Source of the DNA: Rhynchopus sp. YZ270_cl-10
Lineage: Eukaryota
DNA: 64,000 nucleotides
Direction: 5' to 3'
NCBI GenBank assembly: GCA_964035575.1
Contig: OZ037835.1
Coordinates: 1,612,001 to 1,676,000, forward strand
Numbering within the stretch: the first letter of the stretch is position 1; every line of letters starts with the position of its first letter. The notes beneath the pieces were generated by a model. That model did no database searches, had not been told where the DNA came from, and saw only the letters and a program-made list of their open reading frames with translations. The translations under genes were made by a program, and so were the position numbers. Shown piece after piece: positions 1 to 9,490 of the stretch.

Positions 1-2
1 TC

Positions 3-170
3 TCGAGGTGCGGGAACTGTGTACAAGAGAAGAGTACGCTGGAGCACTGCTGCCGCCGCCACCACGACACCTCGAAGGGGCGACAGACGACGCTGGGAGG
101 CTTCTTCAAGAAGACGAAGCAGACGAAGCAGAAGGATGGGCACAGCAGGGGCGGTGATGGACTTATGTAA
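3..170 (+). mobile_element. 3' end of an ORF entering from outside the window (Cys/His-rich, PIP-box-like motif); probably a mobile-element fragment
   Basis: Manual frame-3 translation SRCGNCVQEKSTLEHCCRRHHDTSKGRQTTLGGFFKKTKQ...LM*, TAA at 168-170. It resembles 47961-48048 (PCTGCDLCVHHDASGWRQTTLGGHLRKKQ) in the decayed retroelement, and the downstream sequence abuts the truncated LRR gene at ~239. Confidence 0.45.
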
Positions 171-238
171 CATCACCCCCACGATGTATTGTATCACCTA
201 TCTCGGATAGGGGTGCATGCATCGAAAACGGGCCCCCA

Positions 239-1323
239 CCCTGACGAAAACTAAGAAGTTCGAGGCCAGAGCAGCACTTCATGCGTTGGGTGAGCGGAAC
301 ATCACTGCAGAGAGGCTGGTGACTGTGGAGGATCCTGAGGTTGCGTGTTTGCTTCTGCAGGCGGAGGTTGCGACTGTCATTCCGAATCAGTTCTTCGCGC
401 GCACATCCTTCACAGCACTTGATCTGAGTGCTGTGTCCTGTGTGACGGAAATTGGTGATGAGTTTCTTAGGCGCTGCACAAGGTTGACAAGCCTCGACCT
501 GTCTGGGTTGACACGTCTCACGCGGATTGGTACCAACTTTCTTGCCAACTGCACCAGCCTCACAACAGTGGACTTACCACCACTCAGCAATGTTACACAC
601 ATTAGTACAGGCTTTCTTCACAACTGCAGCAGCCTCACCTCCGTAGACTTATCACCACTTCGCAATGTTGCACACATTAGGGAATACTTTCTAAACTGCA
701 GCAGCCTCACCTCAGTAGACTTATCGCCACTTCGCAATGTTACTCACATTAGTGAATACTTTCTTTACAACTGCAGCAGCCTCACCTCAGTAGACTTATC
801 ACCACTTCGCAATGTTACAGACATTGGTGCAGCCTTTATGGAGAACTGCAGAAGCCTCACCTCAGTAGATTTATCACCACTCAGCAATGTTACTCACATT
901 AGTACATGCTTTCTTCACAAGTGCACCAGCCTCACAGAAGTGGATTTATCACCACTTTGCAATGTTACTCACATTGATCCCTGGTTTCTTAGCTACTGTA
1001 GCAGCCTCACAGCAGTAGACTTGTCACCACTTGGCAATGTTACTCACATTGGCAGGGGCTTTCTTCACAAGTGCAGCAGCCTCACAGAACTAGAACTGTC
1101 ACCGCTCAGCAGAGTTACGCACTTTGGTAAGCTTCCTGCTGACAGCTACACTTCGTTGAGGAGAATCCACCTTGGCGGCTGCAGCAGTGCTGTGTCCACT
1201 CGAATATGTCGATGTGGCGAGCTGAAGGAGTCTGTGGTTGATGCACCTCCACCTCCACCTCCACCTCCACCTCCACCTCCACCTCCACCTCCACCTCCAC
1301 CTCCACCTCCACCTCCACCTCCA

Positions 1324-1325
<2 letters not shown>
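239..1325 (+). pseudogene. Disrupted UBL-LRR family paralog (lacks the ubiquitin-like N-terminus and CaaX tail; 10 LRR modules)
   Basis: Similarity to the intact paralogs begins abruptly at cctgacgaaaact (~239, LTKTKKFEAR) and ends at VVDAPP, where a CCACCT tract and T33 replace TRGRGKTKAALPCCSVS. ORF 217..1383 stays open only through poly-Pro and poly-Phe. Confidence 0.8.

Positions 1326-1326
<1 letters not shown>
1244..1326 (+). repeat. (CCACCT)n microsatellite, ~13-14 units
   Basis: Perfect hexamer tract read directly; it starts in the Ala-Pro codons of the LRR gene. Confidence 0.97.
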
Positions 1327-1362
<36 letters not shown>

Positions 1363-1815
1363 GGCTTAGAGTTTTTGTTGTGAGGGTGGTGGGAAGGAAA
1401 CGCGATGGGGAAATAAAGCACAGTGGATAACCCTTTCCAGATGAAAGTGAGGGTAAGAGGTAGAAAATGACTAAGAGGCACTGGGGCGACTACAGACATT
1501 ATCATCCACTGAAAAGAAACTGAAAAGAAAAACAAATGGAACAACAATAACACAAACGGGGCAGAAGGAACACCGGCACCACAGGGTGTGTGAGACACTG
1601 TGAAATTCGCTGAAATCGCAGGGCTACTCCAGAAAACTGTGAGGGGGGTGGGAAATTGTGGGAAACAAACAAAGGACAAGAGAAATTGTTTTCTGTACAT
1701 CTAATCATTCACAAAAAATTTATTTACATTCTACCTTCTAGAAAAAACTGTACAGCACAAAAAAAAAAAAAAAAAAAAAAAAAAAAACGGAAAAGTAAAA
1801 AGTAAAACCAGGAGA
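1326..1815 (-). mobile_element. Short non-coding insertion with a minus-strand poly(A) end, flanked by a direct duplication (retroposed/SINE-like)
   Basis: T33 at 1326-1358 and internal A29 at 1759-1787. TGGCGAGCTGAAGGAGTCTGTGGTTGATGCACCT plus the hexamer tract occurs on both sides (from 1215 and from 1816). Confidence 0.5.
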
Positions 1816-2022
1816 TGGCGAGCTGAAGGAGTCTGTGGTTGATGCACCTCCACCTCCACCTCCACCTCCACCTCCACCTCCACCTCCACCTCCACCTCCA
1901 CCTCCACCTCCACCTCCACCTCCACCTCCACCTCCACCTCCACCTCCACCTCCACCTCCACCTCCACCTCCACCTCCTCCCCTACCCGAAATCAGACAAC
2001 AACAGACAACAAGAGAGGTGAA

Positions 2023-3537
2023 ATGATGATATGCGCGCTGCTGCTGTGCGTGGAAGCTGTGCTGCCTGCGTGCACAGGTACAACCGCTCCGGCGTGTCGG
2101 TACGAATTCTCGAGTGCACCCCCTGGTTCTTTCGGAAGTGCCGACTTCTCACCGGACGGGCTACTGATTGCAACCTCAGCTGGTTGGCTGTCTGATCCCG
2201 TGGTGCGGAGCACACAAGACGGCTCTGTGGTGGCAGTGCTTCCAGCTGAAGGGCCCAAGAAGTCTGTGCTCTTCTCACCCAACGGGCAGGAGATTGTAGT
2301 TGCATGCAACAATCGTGTGCTAGTGTTCAGCACGACAACTTGGCAACAGCTGCATGTGATCTTTGTTACGGATGATATCTCTGACGTGGCCTACTCGCAC
2401 GACAGTGCTCATCTCGCTGTGGCCACCTACACTTTCGGCGCAGTGTACACGACCAGCGGGACCCTCGTCGCGAATTTCACTGGACACGGCGAGACGATCA
2501 GTGTTGCCTTCTCTCACGATGATTCGCAAGTTGTGAGTGGCGGAGCGGACAAAAAGGCCCGCGTGTGGTCCTCCACCACCGCTGTTGAGTCGTTTGCGAT
2601 GACACACGAGGCTCAGGTCTATTCAGTTGCGTGGTCGGATGATGGGAAGCTGATTGCGACCGCAAGCCAAGAAATCACTGGGGTGACTGGCCATCAATAC
2701 AATGCGGCAAAGCTGTGGGACGCGCGAGATGGATCGGAGTTAACGACGTTTTCTCCCAGTTACCCCGCCCGTGTTGTGTTTGCTCCGTCCAGTAAGCAGG
2801 TGGCTGTTGGGGAAGCGTCAATTCCTGGGGGTGAAAGTACAAAGAGAGTGACGTTGTTCGGAACGGAGGCACCTTACGCATCACAAGCAGTGTACCCTGT
2901 CGGCGGTGTTTGCCTTTCCTATTCAAAGCAAGGTGATTTGTTGGCCATGTGTAGTATTTTCTCACGCACACTGACGGTTTGGGACGTGCTCCCGGGAACT
3001 GATCCGTCGTGCCCTGCGTCAGGTGTGGTCGTGTCTGTGGGAGGTGCCCCGGTTGCAGGCGTGCCCGTGTCGGCAGCGGCGCTGAACGAAGTGGTGGCGG
3101 GACCGGTCTTCAGCCTCTCGGTGCTGCCGCCCCCGATGCGCAACGGTGCGTTCCACTTTGCGAACAGCGTGGTGCCGGCCACAACCGACATCGAGCTGTC
3201 GTGCTGCGGCTCCGCGACCGCATGCGAGTTCTACGTTGTGTCGTACAACTGTGGCGACTGCATGGCAAGCGACATGAACGGCGGCTTCCCCTCTGTGCTC
3301 CCGACTGCAGGCTTCGACGCAGGCAGCTGCTCTCCGTGGTTCACTGTGAACGATGCCGGACCTGTGGAACACCCGACGGTTGTGCACCACAAGCAGGTTG
3401 CTGCAGGCGACTCGGTGACCGTGACCACCACCAAGCAGGCCCTCTTCTTCGCAGTGTTTGGCGACAACAAGGCCCTCGGAGGGCCGTGGTGCAAGCGTGC
3501 AGCTGGCCCGGCTGTGGGCAACTCATGCCACGCATAG
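2023..3537 (+). CDS. WD40-repeat beta-propeller protein with hydrophobic N-terminus and Cys-rich C-terminal domain, 504 aa (copy 1)
   Basis: WD40 motifs FSPDGLLIAT, FSPNGQEIV, GHGETISVAFSHDDSQVVSGGADKKARVW, HEAQVYSVAWSDDGKLIATAS...AKLWD and LTVWD. Preceded by (TCCACC)21 at 1849-1974. Confidence 0.9.
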   Translation: MMICALLLCVEAVLPACTGTTAPACRYEFSSAPPGSFGSADFSPDGLLIATSAGWLSDPVVRSTQDGSVVAVLPAEGPKKSVLFSPNGQEIVVACNNRVLVFSTTTWQQLHVIFVTDDISDVAYSHDSAHLAVATYTFGAVYTTSGTLVANFTGHGETISVAFSHDDSQVVSGGADKKARVWSSTTAVESFAMTHEAQVYSVAWSDDGKLIATASQEITGVTGHQYNAAKLWDARDGSELTTFSPSYPARVVFAPSSKQVAVGEASIPGGESTKRVTLFGTEAPYASQAVYPVGGVCLSYSKQGDLLAMCSIFSRTLTVWDVLPGTDPSCPASGVVVSVGGAPVAGVPVSAAALNEVVAGPVFSLSVLPPPMRNGAFHFANSVVPATTDIELSCCGSATACEFYVVSYNCGDCMASDMNGGFPSVLPTAGFDAGSCSPWFTVNDAGPVEHPTVVHHKQVAAGDSVTVTTTKQALFFAVFGDNKALGGPWCKRAAGPAVGNSCHA

Positions 3538-3742
3538 TGCGCTTACCTTTCGTAGGCAGCGTCAAACTTGAGAAGTGACCTTCATTTTTTTTTTTTTTTT
3601 TTTTGAAAAACACCAAACGCTGTTCACAATAATCATATATTGGTGAGAATGAATGGGAAAAGTAACGTTTTTGAGTTTACCCAAGTTTTCCTGTTTAACC
3701 CTTTAGACAGGGGTCCTAAGAGTGGTAACTTTTAGTTAGGGA

Positions 3743-4185
3743 CTTTCCAGGGTTAGAGGTCTCGATGCCACTGTAGGCTTGTTGATCCCGGGTGATAAGA
3801 GATGAGCGCCAGTTGGGCTTGTCTCTCCAGGGGTAGAGCTCTGTGGTCTCATGCATTACTGTTGTATCTATGCTCGGATGTTTTTCGTGTCTGCTTGCAC
3901 TGTTTTTTCTGTCCTGTTACAAGAACACTGATGAGTTTATATGGCCCTGCCTGAGCAGAGTTCTTGATGATCCCGGGTGATAAGACTGAGGGCCGGATGG
4001 GCTCGTCTTTCAAGGGTTAGAGTTCTTGCTCGGGGGATTTTTCGCTCTCTCTGTGGTGTTTGTGTTCTGTTATGTTACTTGTACACTGTTTTGTTTCTTC
4101 CTGTGGCACAAAAGCGGATGAGCTAATGCTGAGTAACCCTGCTTGAGCAGAGTTCTTGATGATCCCGGGTGACTCCAGGGTTAGA
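3743..4185 (+). repeat. 443-bp satellite-derived segment present in every array spacer; matches 51612-52054
   Basis: Runs from ctttccagggttagaggtctcg to gactccagggttaga with the same length at both loci, and I saw no differences by eye. Confidence 0.9.
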
Positions 4186-4487
4186 CTCCAGGGTCTCTTT
4201 TCCTTCCCTCGTACGTCACAATAAAGAGACCCCTTCCCTCGCATTTTTTCACGACATTGTTTTTGGGTTTGGGTAATGTTCACGGGCTATTCTCTATACA
4301 CCAGATCTCCACCTCCACCTCCACCTCCACCTCCACCTCCACCTCCACCTCCACCTCCACCTCCACCTCCACCTCCACCTCCACCTCCACCTCCACCTCC
4401 ACCTCCACCTCCACCTCCACCTCCACCTCCACCTCCACCTCCTCCCCTACCCGAAATCAGACAACAACAGACAACAAGAGAGGTGAA

Positions 4488-6002
4488 ATGATGATATGCG
4501 CGCTGCTGCTGTGCGTGGAAGCTGTGCTGCCTGCGTGCACAGGTACAACCGCTCCGGCGTGTCGGTACGAATTCTCGAGTGCACCCCCTGGTTCTTTCGG
4601 AAGTGCCGACTTCTCACCGGACGGGCTACTGATTGCAACCTCAGCTGGTTGGCTGTCTGATCCCGTGGTGCGGAGCACACAAGACGGCTCTGTGGTGGCA
4701 GTGCTTCCAGCTGAAGGGCCCAAGAAGTCTGTGCTCTTCTCACCCAACGGGCAGGAGATTGTAGTTGCATGCAACAATCGTGTGCTAGTGTTCAGCACGA
4801 CAACTTGGCAACAGCTGCATGTGATCTTTGTTACGGATGATATCTCTGACGTGGCCTACTCGCACGACAGTGCTCATCTCGCTGTGGCCACCTACACTTT
4901 CGGCGCAGTGTACACGACCAGCGGGACCCTCGTCGCGAATTTCACTGGACACGGCGAGACGATCAGTGTTGCCTTCTCTCACGATGATTCGCAAGTTGTG
5001 AGTGGCGGAGCGGACAAAAAGGCCCGCGTGTGGTCCTCCACCACCGCTGTTGAGTCGTTTGCGATGACACACGAGGCTCAGGTCTATTCAGTTGCGTGGT
5101 CGGATGATGGGAAGCTGATTGCGACCGCAAGCCAAGAAATCACTGGGGTGACTGGCCATCAATACAATGCGGCAAAGCTGTGGGACGCGCGAGATGGATC
5201 GGAGTTAACGACGTTTTCTCCCAGTTACCCCGCCCGTGTTGTGTTTGCTCCGTCCAGTAAGCAGGTGGCTGTTGGGGAAGCGTCAATTCCTGGGGGTGAA
5301 AGTACAAAGAGAGTGACGTTGTTCGGAACGGAGGCACCTTACGCATCACAAGCAGTGTACCCTGTCGGCGGTGTTTGCCTTTCCTATTCAAAGCAAGGTG
5401 ATTTGTTGGCCATGTGTAGTATTTTCTCACGCACACTGACGGTTTGGGACGTGCTCCCGGGAACTGATCCGTCGTGCCCTGCGTCAGGTGTGGTCGTGTC
5501 TGTGGGAGGTGCCCCGGTTGCAGGCGTGCCCGTGTCGGCAGCGGCGCTGAACGAAGTGGTGGCGGGACCGGTCTTCAGCCTCTCGGTGCTGCCGCCCCCG
5601 ATGCGCAACGGTGCGTTCCACTTTGCGAACAGCGTGGTGCCGGCCACAACCGACATCGAGCTGTCGTGCTGCGGCTCCGCGACCGCATGCGAGTTCTACG
5701 TTGTGTCGTACAACTGTGGCGACTGCATGGCAAGCGACATGAACGGCGGCTTCCCCTCTGTGCTCCCGACTGCAGGCTTCGACGCAGGCAGCTGCTCTCC
5801 GTGGTTCACTGTGAACGATGCCGGACCTGTGGAACACCCGACGGTTGTGCACCACAAGCAGGTTGCTGCAGGCGACTCGGTGACCGTGACCACCACCAAG
5901 CAGGCCCTCTTCTTCGCAGTGTTTGGCGACAACAAGGCCCTCGGAGGGCCGTGGTGCAAGCGTGCAGCTGGCCCGGCTGTGGGCAACTCATGCCACGCAT
6001 AG
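4488..6002 (+). CDS. WD40/Cys-rich protein, copy 2
   Basis: Translation identical to copy 1 from MMICALL; (TCCACC)22 at 4308-4439. Confidence 0.9.
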   Translation: MMICALLLCVEAVLPACTGTTAPACRYEFSSAPPGSFGSADFSPDGLLIATSAGWLSDPVVRSTQDGSVVAVLPAEGPKKSVLFSPNGQEIVVACNNRVLVFSTTTWQQLHVIFVTDDISDVAYSHDSAHLAVATYTFGAVYTTSGTLVANFTGHGETISVAFSHDDSQVVSGGADKKARVWSSTTAVESFAMTHEAQVYSVAWSDDGKLIATASQEITGVTGHQYNAAKLWDARDGSELTTFSPSYPARVVFAPSSKQVAVGEASIPGGESTKRVTLFGTEAPYASQAVYPVGGVCLSYSKQGDLLAMCSIFSRTLTVWDVLPGTDPSCPASGVVVSVGGAPVAGVPVSAAALNEVVAGPVFSLSVLPPPMRNGAFHFANSVVPATTDIELSCCGSATACEFYVVSYNCGDCMASDMNGGFPSVLPTAGFDAGSCSPWFTVNDAGPVEHPTVVHHKQVAAGDSVTVTTTKQALFFAVFGDNKALGGPWCKRAAGPAVGNSCHA

Positions 6003-7073
6003 TGCGCTTACCTTTCGTAGGCAGCGTCAAACTTGAGAAGTGACCTTCATTTTTTTTTTTTTTTTTTTTTGAAAAACACCAAACGCTGTTCACAATAATC
6101 ATATATTGGTGAGAATGAATGGGAAAAGTAACGTTTTTGAGTTTACCCAAGTTTTCCTGTTTAACCCTTTAGACAGGGGTCCTAAGAGTGGTAACTTTTA
6201 GTTAGGGACTTTCCAGGGTTAGAGGTCTCGATGCCACTGTAGGCTTGTTGATCCCGGGTGATAAGAGATGAGCGCCAGTTGGGCTTGTCTCTCCAGGGGT
6301 AGAGCTCTGTGGTCTCATGCATTACTGTTGTATCTATGCTCGGATGTTTTTCGTGTCTGCTTGCACTGTTTTTTCTGTCCTGTTACAAGAACACTGATGA
6401 GTTTATATGGCCCTGCCTGAGCAGAGTTCTTGATGATCCCGGGTGATAAGACTGAGGGCCGGATGGGCTCGTCTTTCAAGGGTTAGAGTTCTTGCTCGGG
6501 GGATTTTTCGCTCTCTCTGTGGTGTTTGTGTTCTGTTATGTTACTTGTACACTGTTTTGTTTCTTCCTGTGGCACAAAAGCGGATGAGCTAATGCTGAGT
6601 AACCCTGCTTGAGCAGAGTTCTTGATGATCCCGGGTGACTCCAGGGTTAGACTCCAGGGTCTCTTTTCCTTCCCTCGTACGTCACAATAAAGAGACCCCT
6701 TCCCTCGCATTTTTTCACGACATTGTTTTTGGGTTTGGGTAATGTTCACGGGCTATTCTCTATACACCAGATCTCCACCTCCACCTCCACCTCCACCTCC
6801 ACCTCCACCTCCACCTCCACCTCCACCTCCACCTCCACCTCCACCTCCACCTCCACCTCCACCTCCACCTCCACCTCCACCTCCACCTCCACCTCCACCT
6901 CCACCTCCACCTCCACCTCCACCTCCACCTCCACCTCCACCTCCACCTCCACCTCCACCTCCACCTCCACCTCCACCTCCACCTCCACCTCCACCTCCAC
7001 CTCCACCTCCACCTCCACCTCCACCTCCTCCCCTACCCGAAATCAGACAACAACAGACAACAAGAGAGGTGAA

Positions 7074-8588
7074 ATGATGATATGCGCGCTGCTGCTGTGC
7101 GTGGAAGCTGTGCTGCCTGCGTGCACAGGTACAACCGCTCCGGCGTGTCGGTACGAATTCTCGAGTGCACCCCCTGGTTCTTTCGGAAGTGCCGACTTCT
7201 CACCGGACGGGCTACTGATTGCAACCTCAGCTGGTTGGCTGTCTGATCCCGTGGTGCGGAGCACACAAGACGGCTCTGTGGTGGCAGTGCTTCCAGCTGA
7301 AGGGCCCAAGAAGTCTGTGCTCTTCTCACCCAACGGGCAGGAGATTGTAGTTGCATGCAACAATCGTGTGCTAGTGTTCAGCACGACAACTTGGCAACAG
7401 CTGCATGTGATCTTTGTTACGGATGATATCTCTGACGTGGCCTACTCGCACGACAGTGCTCATCTCGCTGTGGCCACCTACACTTTCGGCGCAGTGTACA
7501 CGACCAGCGGGACCCTCGTCGCGAATTTCACTGGACACGGCGAGACGATCAGTGTTGCCTTCTCTCACGATGATTCGCAAGTTGTGAGTGGCGGAGCGGA
7601 CAAAAAGGCCCGCGTGTGGTCCTCCACCACCGCTGTTGAGTCGTTTGCGATGACACACGAGGCTCAGGTCTATTCAGTTGCGTGGTCGGATGATGGGAAG
7701 CTGATTGCGACCGCAAGCCAAGAAATCACTGGGGTGACTGGCCATCAATACAATGCGGCAAAGCTGTGGGACGCGCGAGATGGATCGGAGTTAACGACGT
7801 TTTCTCCCAGTTACCCCGCCCGTGTTGTGTTTGCTCCGTCCAGTAAGCAGGTGGCTGTTGGGGAAGCGTCAATTCCTGGGGGTGAAAGTACAAAGAGAGT
7901 GACGTTGTTCGGAACGGAGGCACCTTACGCATCACAAGCAGTGTACCCTGTCGGCGGTGTTTGCCTTTCCTATTCAAAGCAAGGTGATTTGTTGGCCATG
8001 TGTAGTATTTTCTCACGCACACTGACGGTTTGGGACGTGCTCCCGGGAACTGATCCGTCGTGCCCTGCGTCAGGTGTGGTCGTGTCTGTGGGAGGTGCCC
8101 CGGTTGCAGGCGTGCCCGTGTCGGCAGCGGCGCTGAACGAAGTGGTGGCGGGACCGGTCTTCAGCCTCTCGGTGCTGCCGCCCCCGATGCGCAACGGTGC
8201 GTTCCACTTTGCGAACAGCGTGGTGCCGGCCACAACCGACATCGAGCTGTCGTGCTGCGGCTCCGCGACCGCATGCGAGTTCTACGTTGTGTCGTACAAC
8301 TGTGGCGACTGCATGGCAAGCGACATGAACGGCGGCTTCCCCTCTGTGCTCCCGACTGCAGGCTTCGACGCAGGCAGCTGCTCTCCGTGGTTCACTGTGA
8401 ACGATGCCGGACCTGTGGAACACCCGACGGTTGTGCACCACAAGCAGGTTGCTGCAGGCGACTCGGTGACCGTGACCACCACCAAGCAGGCCCTCTTCTT
8501 CGCAGTGTTTGGCGACAACAAGGCCCTCGGAGGGCCGTGGTGCAAGCGTGCAGCTGGCCCGGCTGTGGGCAACTCATGCCACGCATAG
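7074..8588 (+). CDS. WD40/Cys-rich protein, copy 3
   Basis: Identical translation; (TCCACC)42 at 6774-7025. Confidence 0.9.
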   Translation: MMICALLLCVEAVLPACTGTTAPACRYEFSSAPPGSFGSADFSPDGLLIATSAGWLSDPVVRSTQDGSVVAVLPAEGPKKSVLFSPNGQEIVVACNNRVLVFSTTTWQQLHVIFVTDDISDVAYSHDSAHLAVATYTFGAVYTTSGTLVANFTGHGETISVAFSHDDSQVVSGGADKKARVWSSTTAVESFAMTHEAQVYSVAWSDDGKLIATASQEITGVTGHQYNAAKLWDARDGSELTTFSPSYPARVVFAPSSKQVAVGEASIPGGESTKRVTLFGTEAPYASQAVYPVGGVCLSYSKQGDLLAMCSIFSRTLTVWDVLPGTDPSCPASGVVVSVGGAPVAGVPVSAAALNEVVAGPVFSLSVLPPPMRNGAFHFANSVVPATTDIELSCCGSATACEFYVVSYNCGDCMASDMNGGFPSVLPTAGFDAGSCSPWFTVNDAGPVEHPTVVHHKQVAAGDSVTVTTTKQALFFAVFGDNKALGGPWCKRAAGPAVGNSCHA

Positions 8589-9490
8589 TGCGCTTACCTT
8601 TCGTAGGCAGCGTCAAACTTGAGAAGTGACCTTCATTTTTTTTTTTTTTTTTTTTGAAAAACACCAAACGCTGTTCACAATAATCATATATTGGTGAGAA
8701 TGAATGGGAAAAGTAACGTTTTTGAGTTTACCCAAGTTTTCCTGTTTAACCCTTTAGACAGGGGTCCTAAGAGTGGTAACTTTTAGTTAGGGACTTTCCA
8801 GGGTTAGAGGTCTCGATGCCACTGTAGGCTTGTTGATCCCGGGTGATAAGAGATGAGCGCCAGTTGGGCTTGTCTCTCCAGGGGTAGAGCTCTGTGGTCT
8901 CATGCATTACTGTTGTATCTATGCTCGGATGTTTTTCGTGTCTGCTTGCACTGTTTTTTCTGTCCTGTTACAAGAACACTGATGAGTTTATATGGCCCTG
9001 CCTGAGCAGAGTTCTTGATGATCCCGGGTGATAAGACTGAGGGCCGGATGGGCTCGTCTTTCAAGGGTTAGAGTTCTTGCTCGGGGGATTTTTCGCTCTC
9101 TCTGTGGTGTTTGTGTTCTGTTATGTTACTTGTACACTGTTTTGTTTCTTCCTGTGGCACAAAAGCGGATGAGCTAATGCTGAGTAACCCTGCTTGAGCA
9201 GAGTTCTTGATGATCCCGGGTGACTCCAGGGTTAGACTCCAGGGTCTCTTTTCCTTCCCTCGTACGTCACAATAAAGAGACCCCTTCCCTCGCATTTTTT
9301 CACGACATTGTTTTTGGGTTTGGGTAATGTTCACGGGCTATTCTCTATACACCAGATCTCCACCTCCACCTCCACCTCCACCTCCACCTCCACCTCCACC
9401 TCCACCTCCACCTCCACCTCCACCTCCACCTCCACCTCCACCTCCTCCCCTACCCGAAATCAGACAACAACAGACAACAAGAGAGGTGAA

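Noticed and set aside
1115..2021. Poly-EV, poly-HL and poly-G ORFs
   Set aside because: They are alternative frames of the CCACCT tract.
1982..3616. Antisense and alternate-frame ORFs inside each WD40 copy (e.g. 189 aa at 3009-3578)
   Set aside because: Shadow ORFs of GC-rich coding DNA with no recognisable motifs; they recur only because the unit is repeated.
3695..3760. Telomere or telomerase-added tract
   Set aside because: Only isolated TTAGGG/TAACCC-like motifs, with no tandem run.
4257..4487. Ser/Thr mucin-like N-terminal extension of the WD40 ORFs
   Set aside because: It starts at TTG, is absent from copy 1, would bury the hydrophobic N-terminus, and is open only because the hexamer has no stop.
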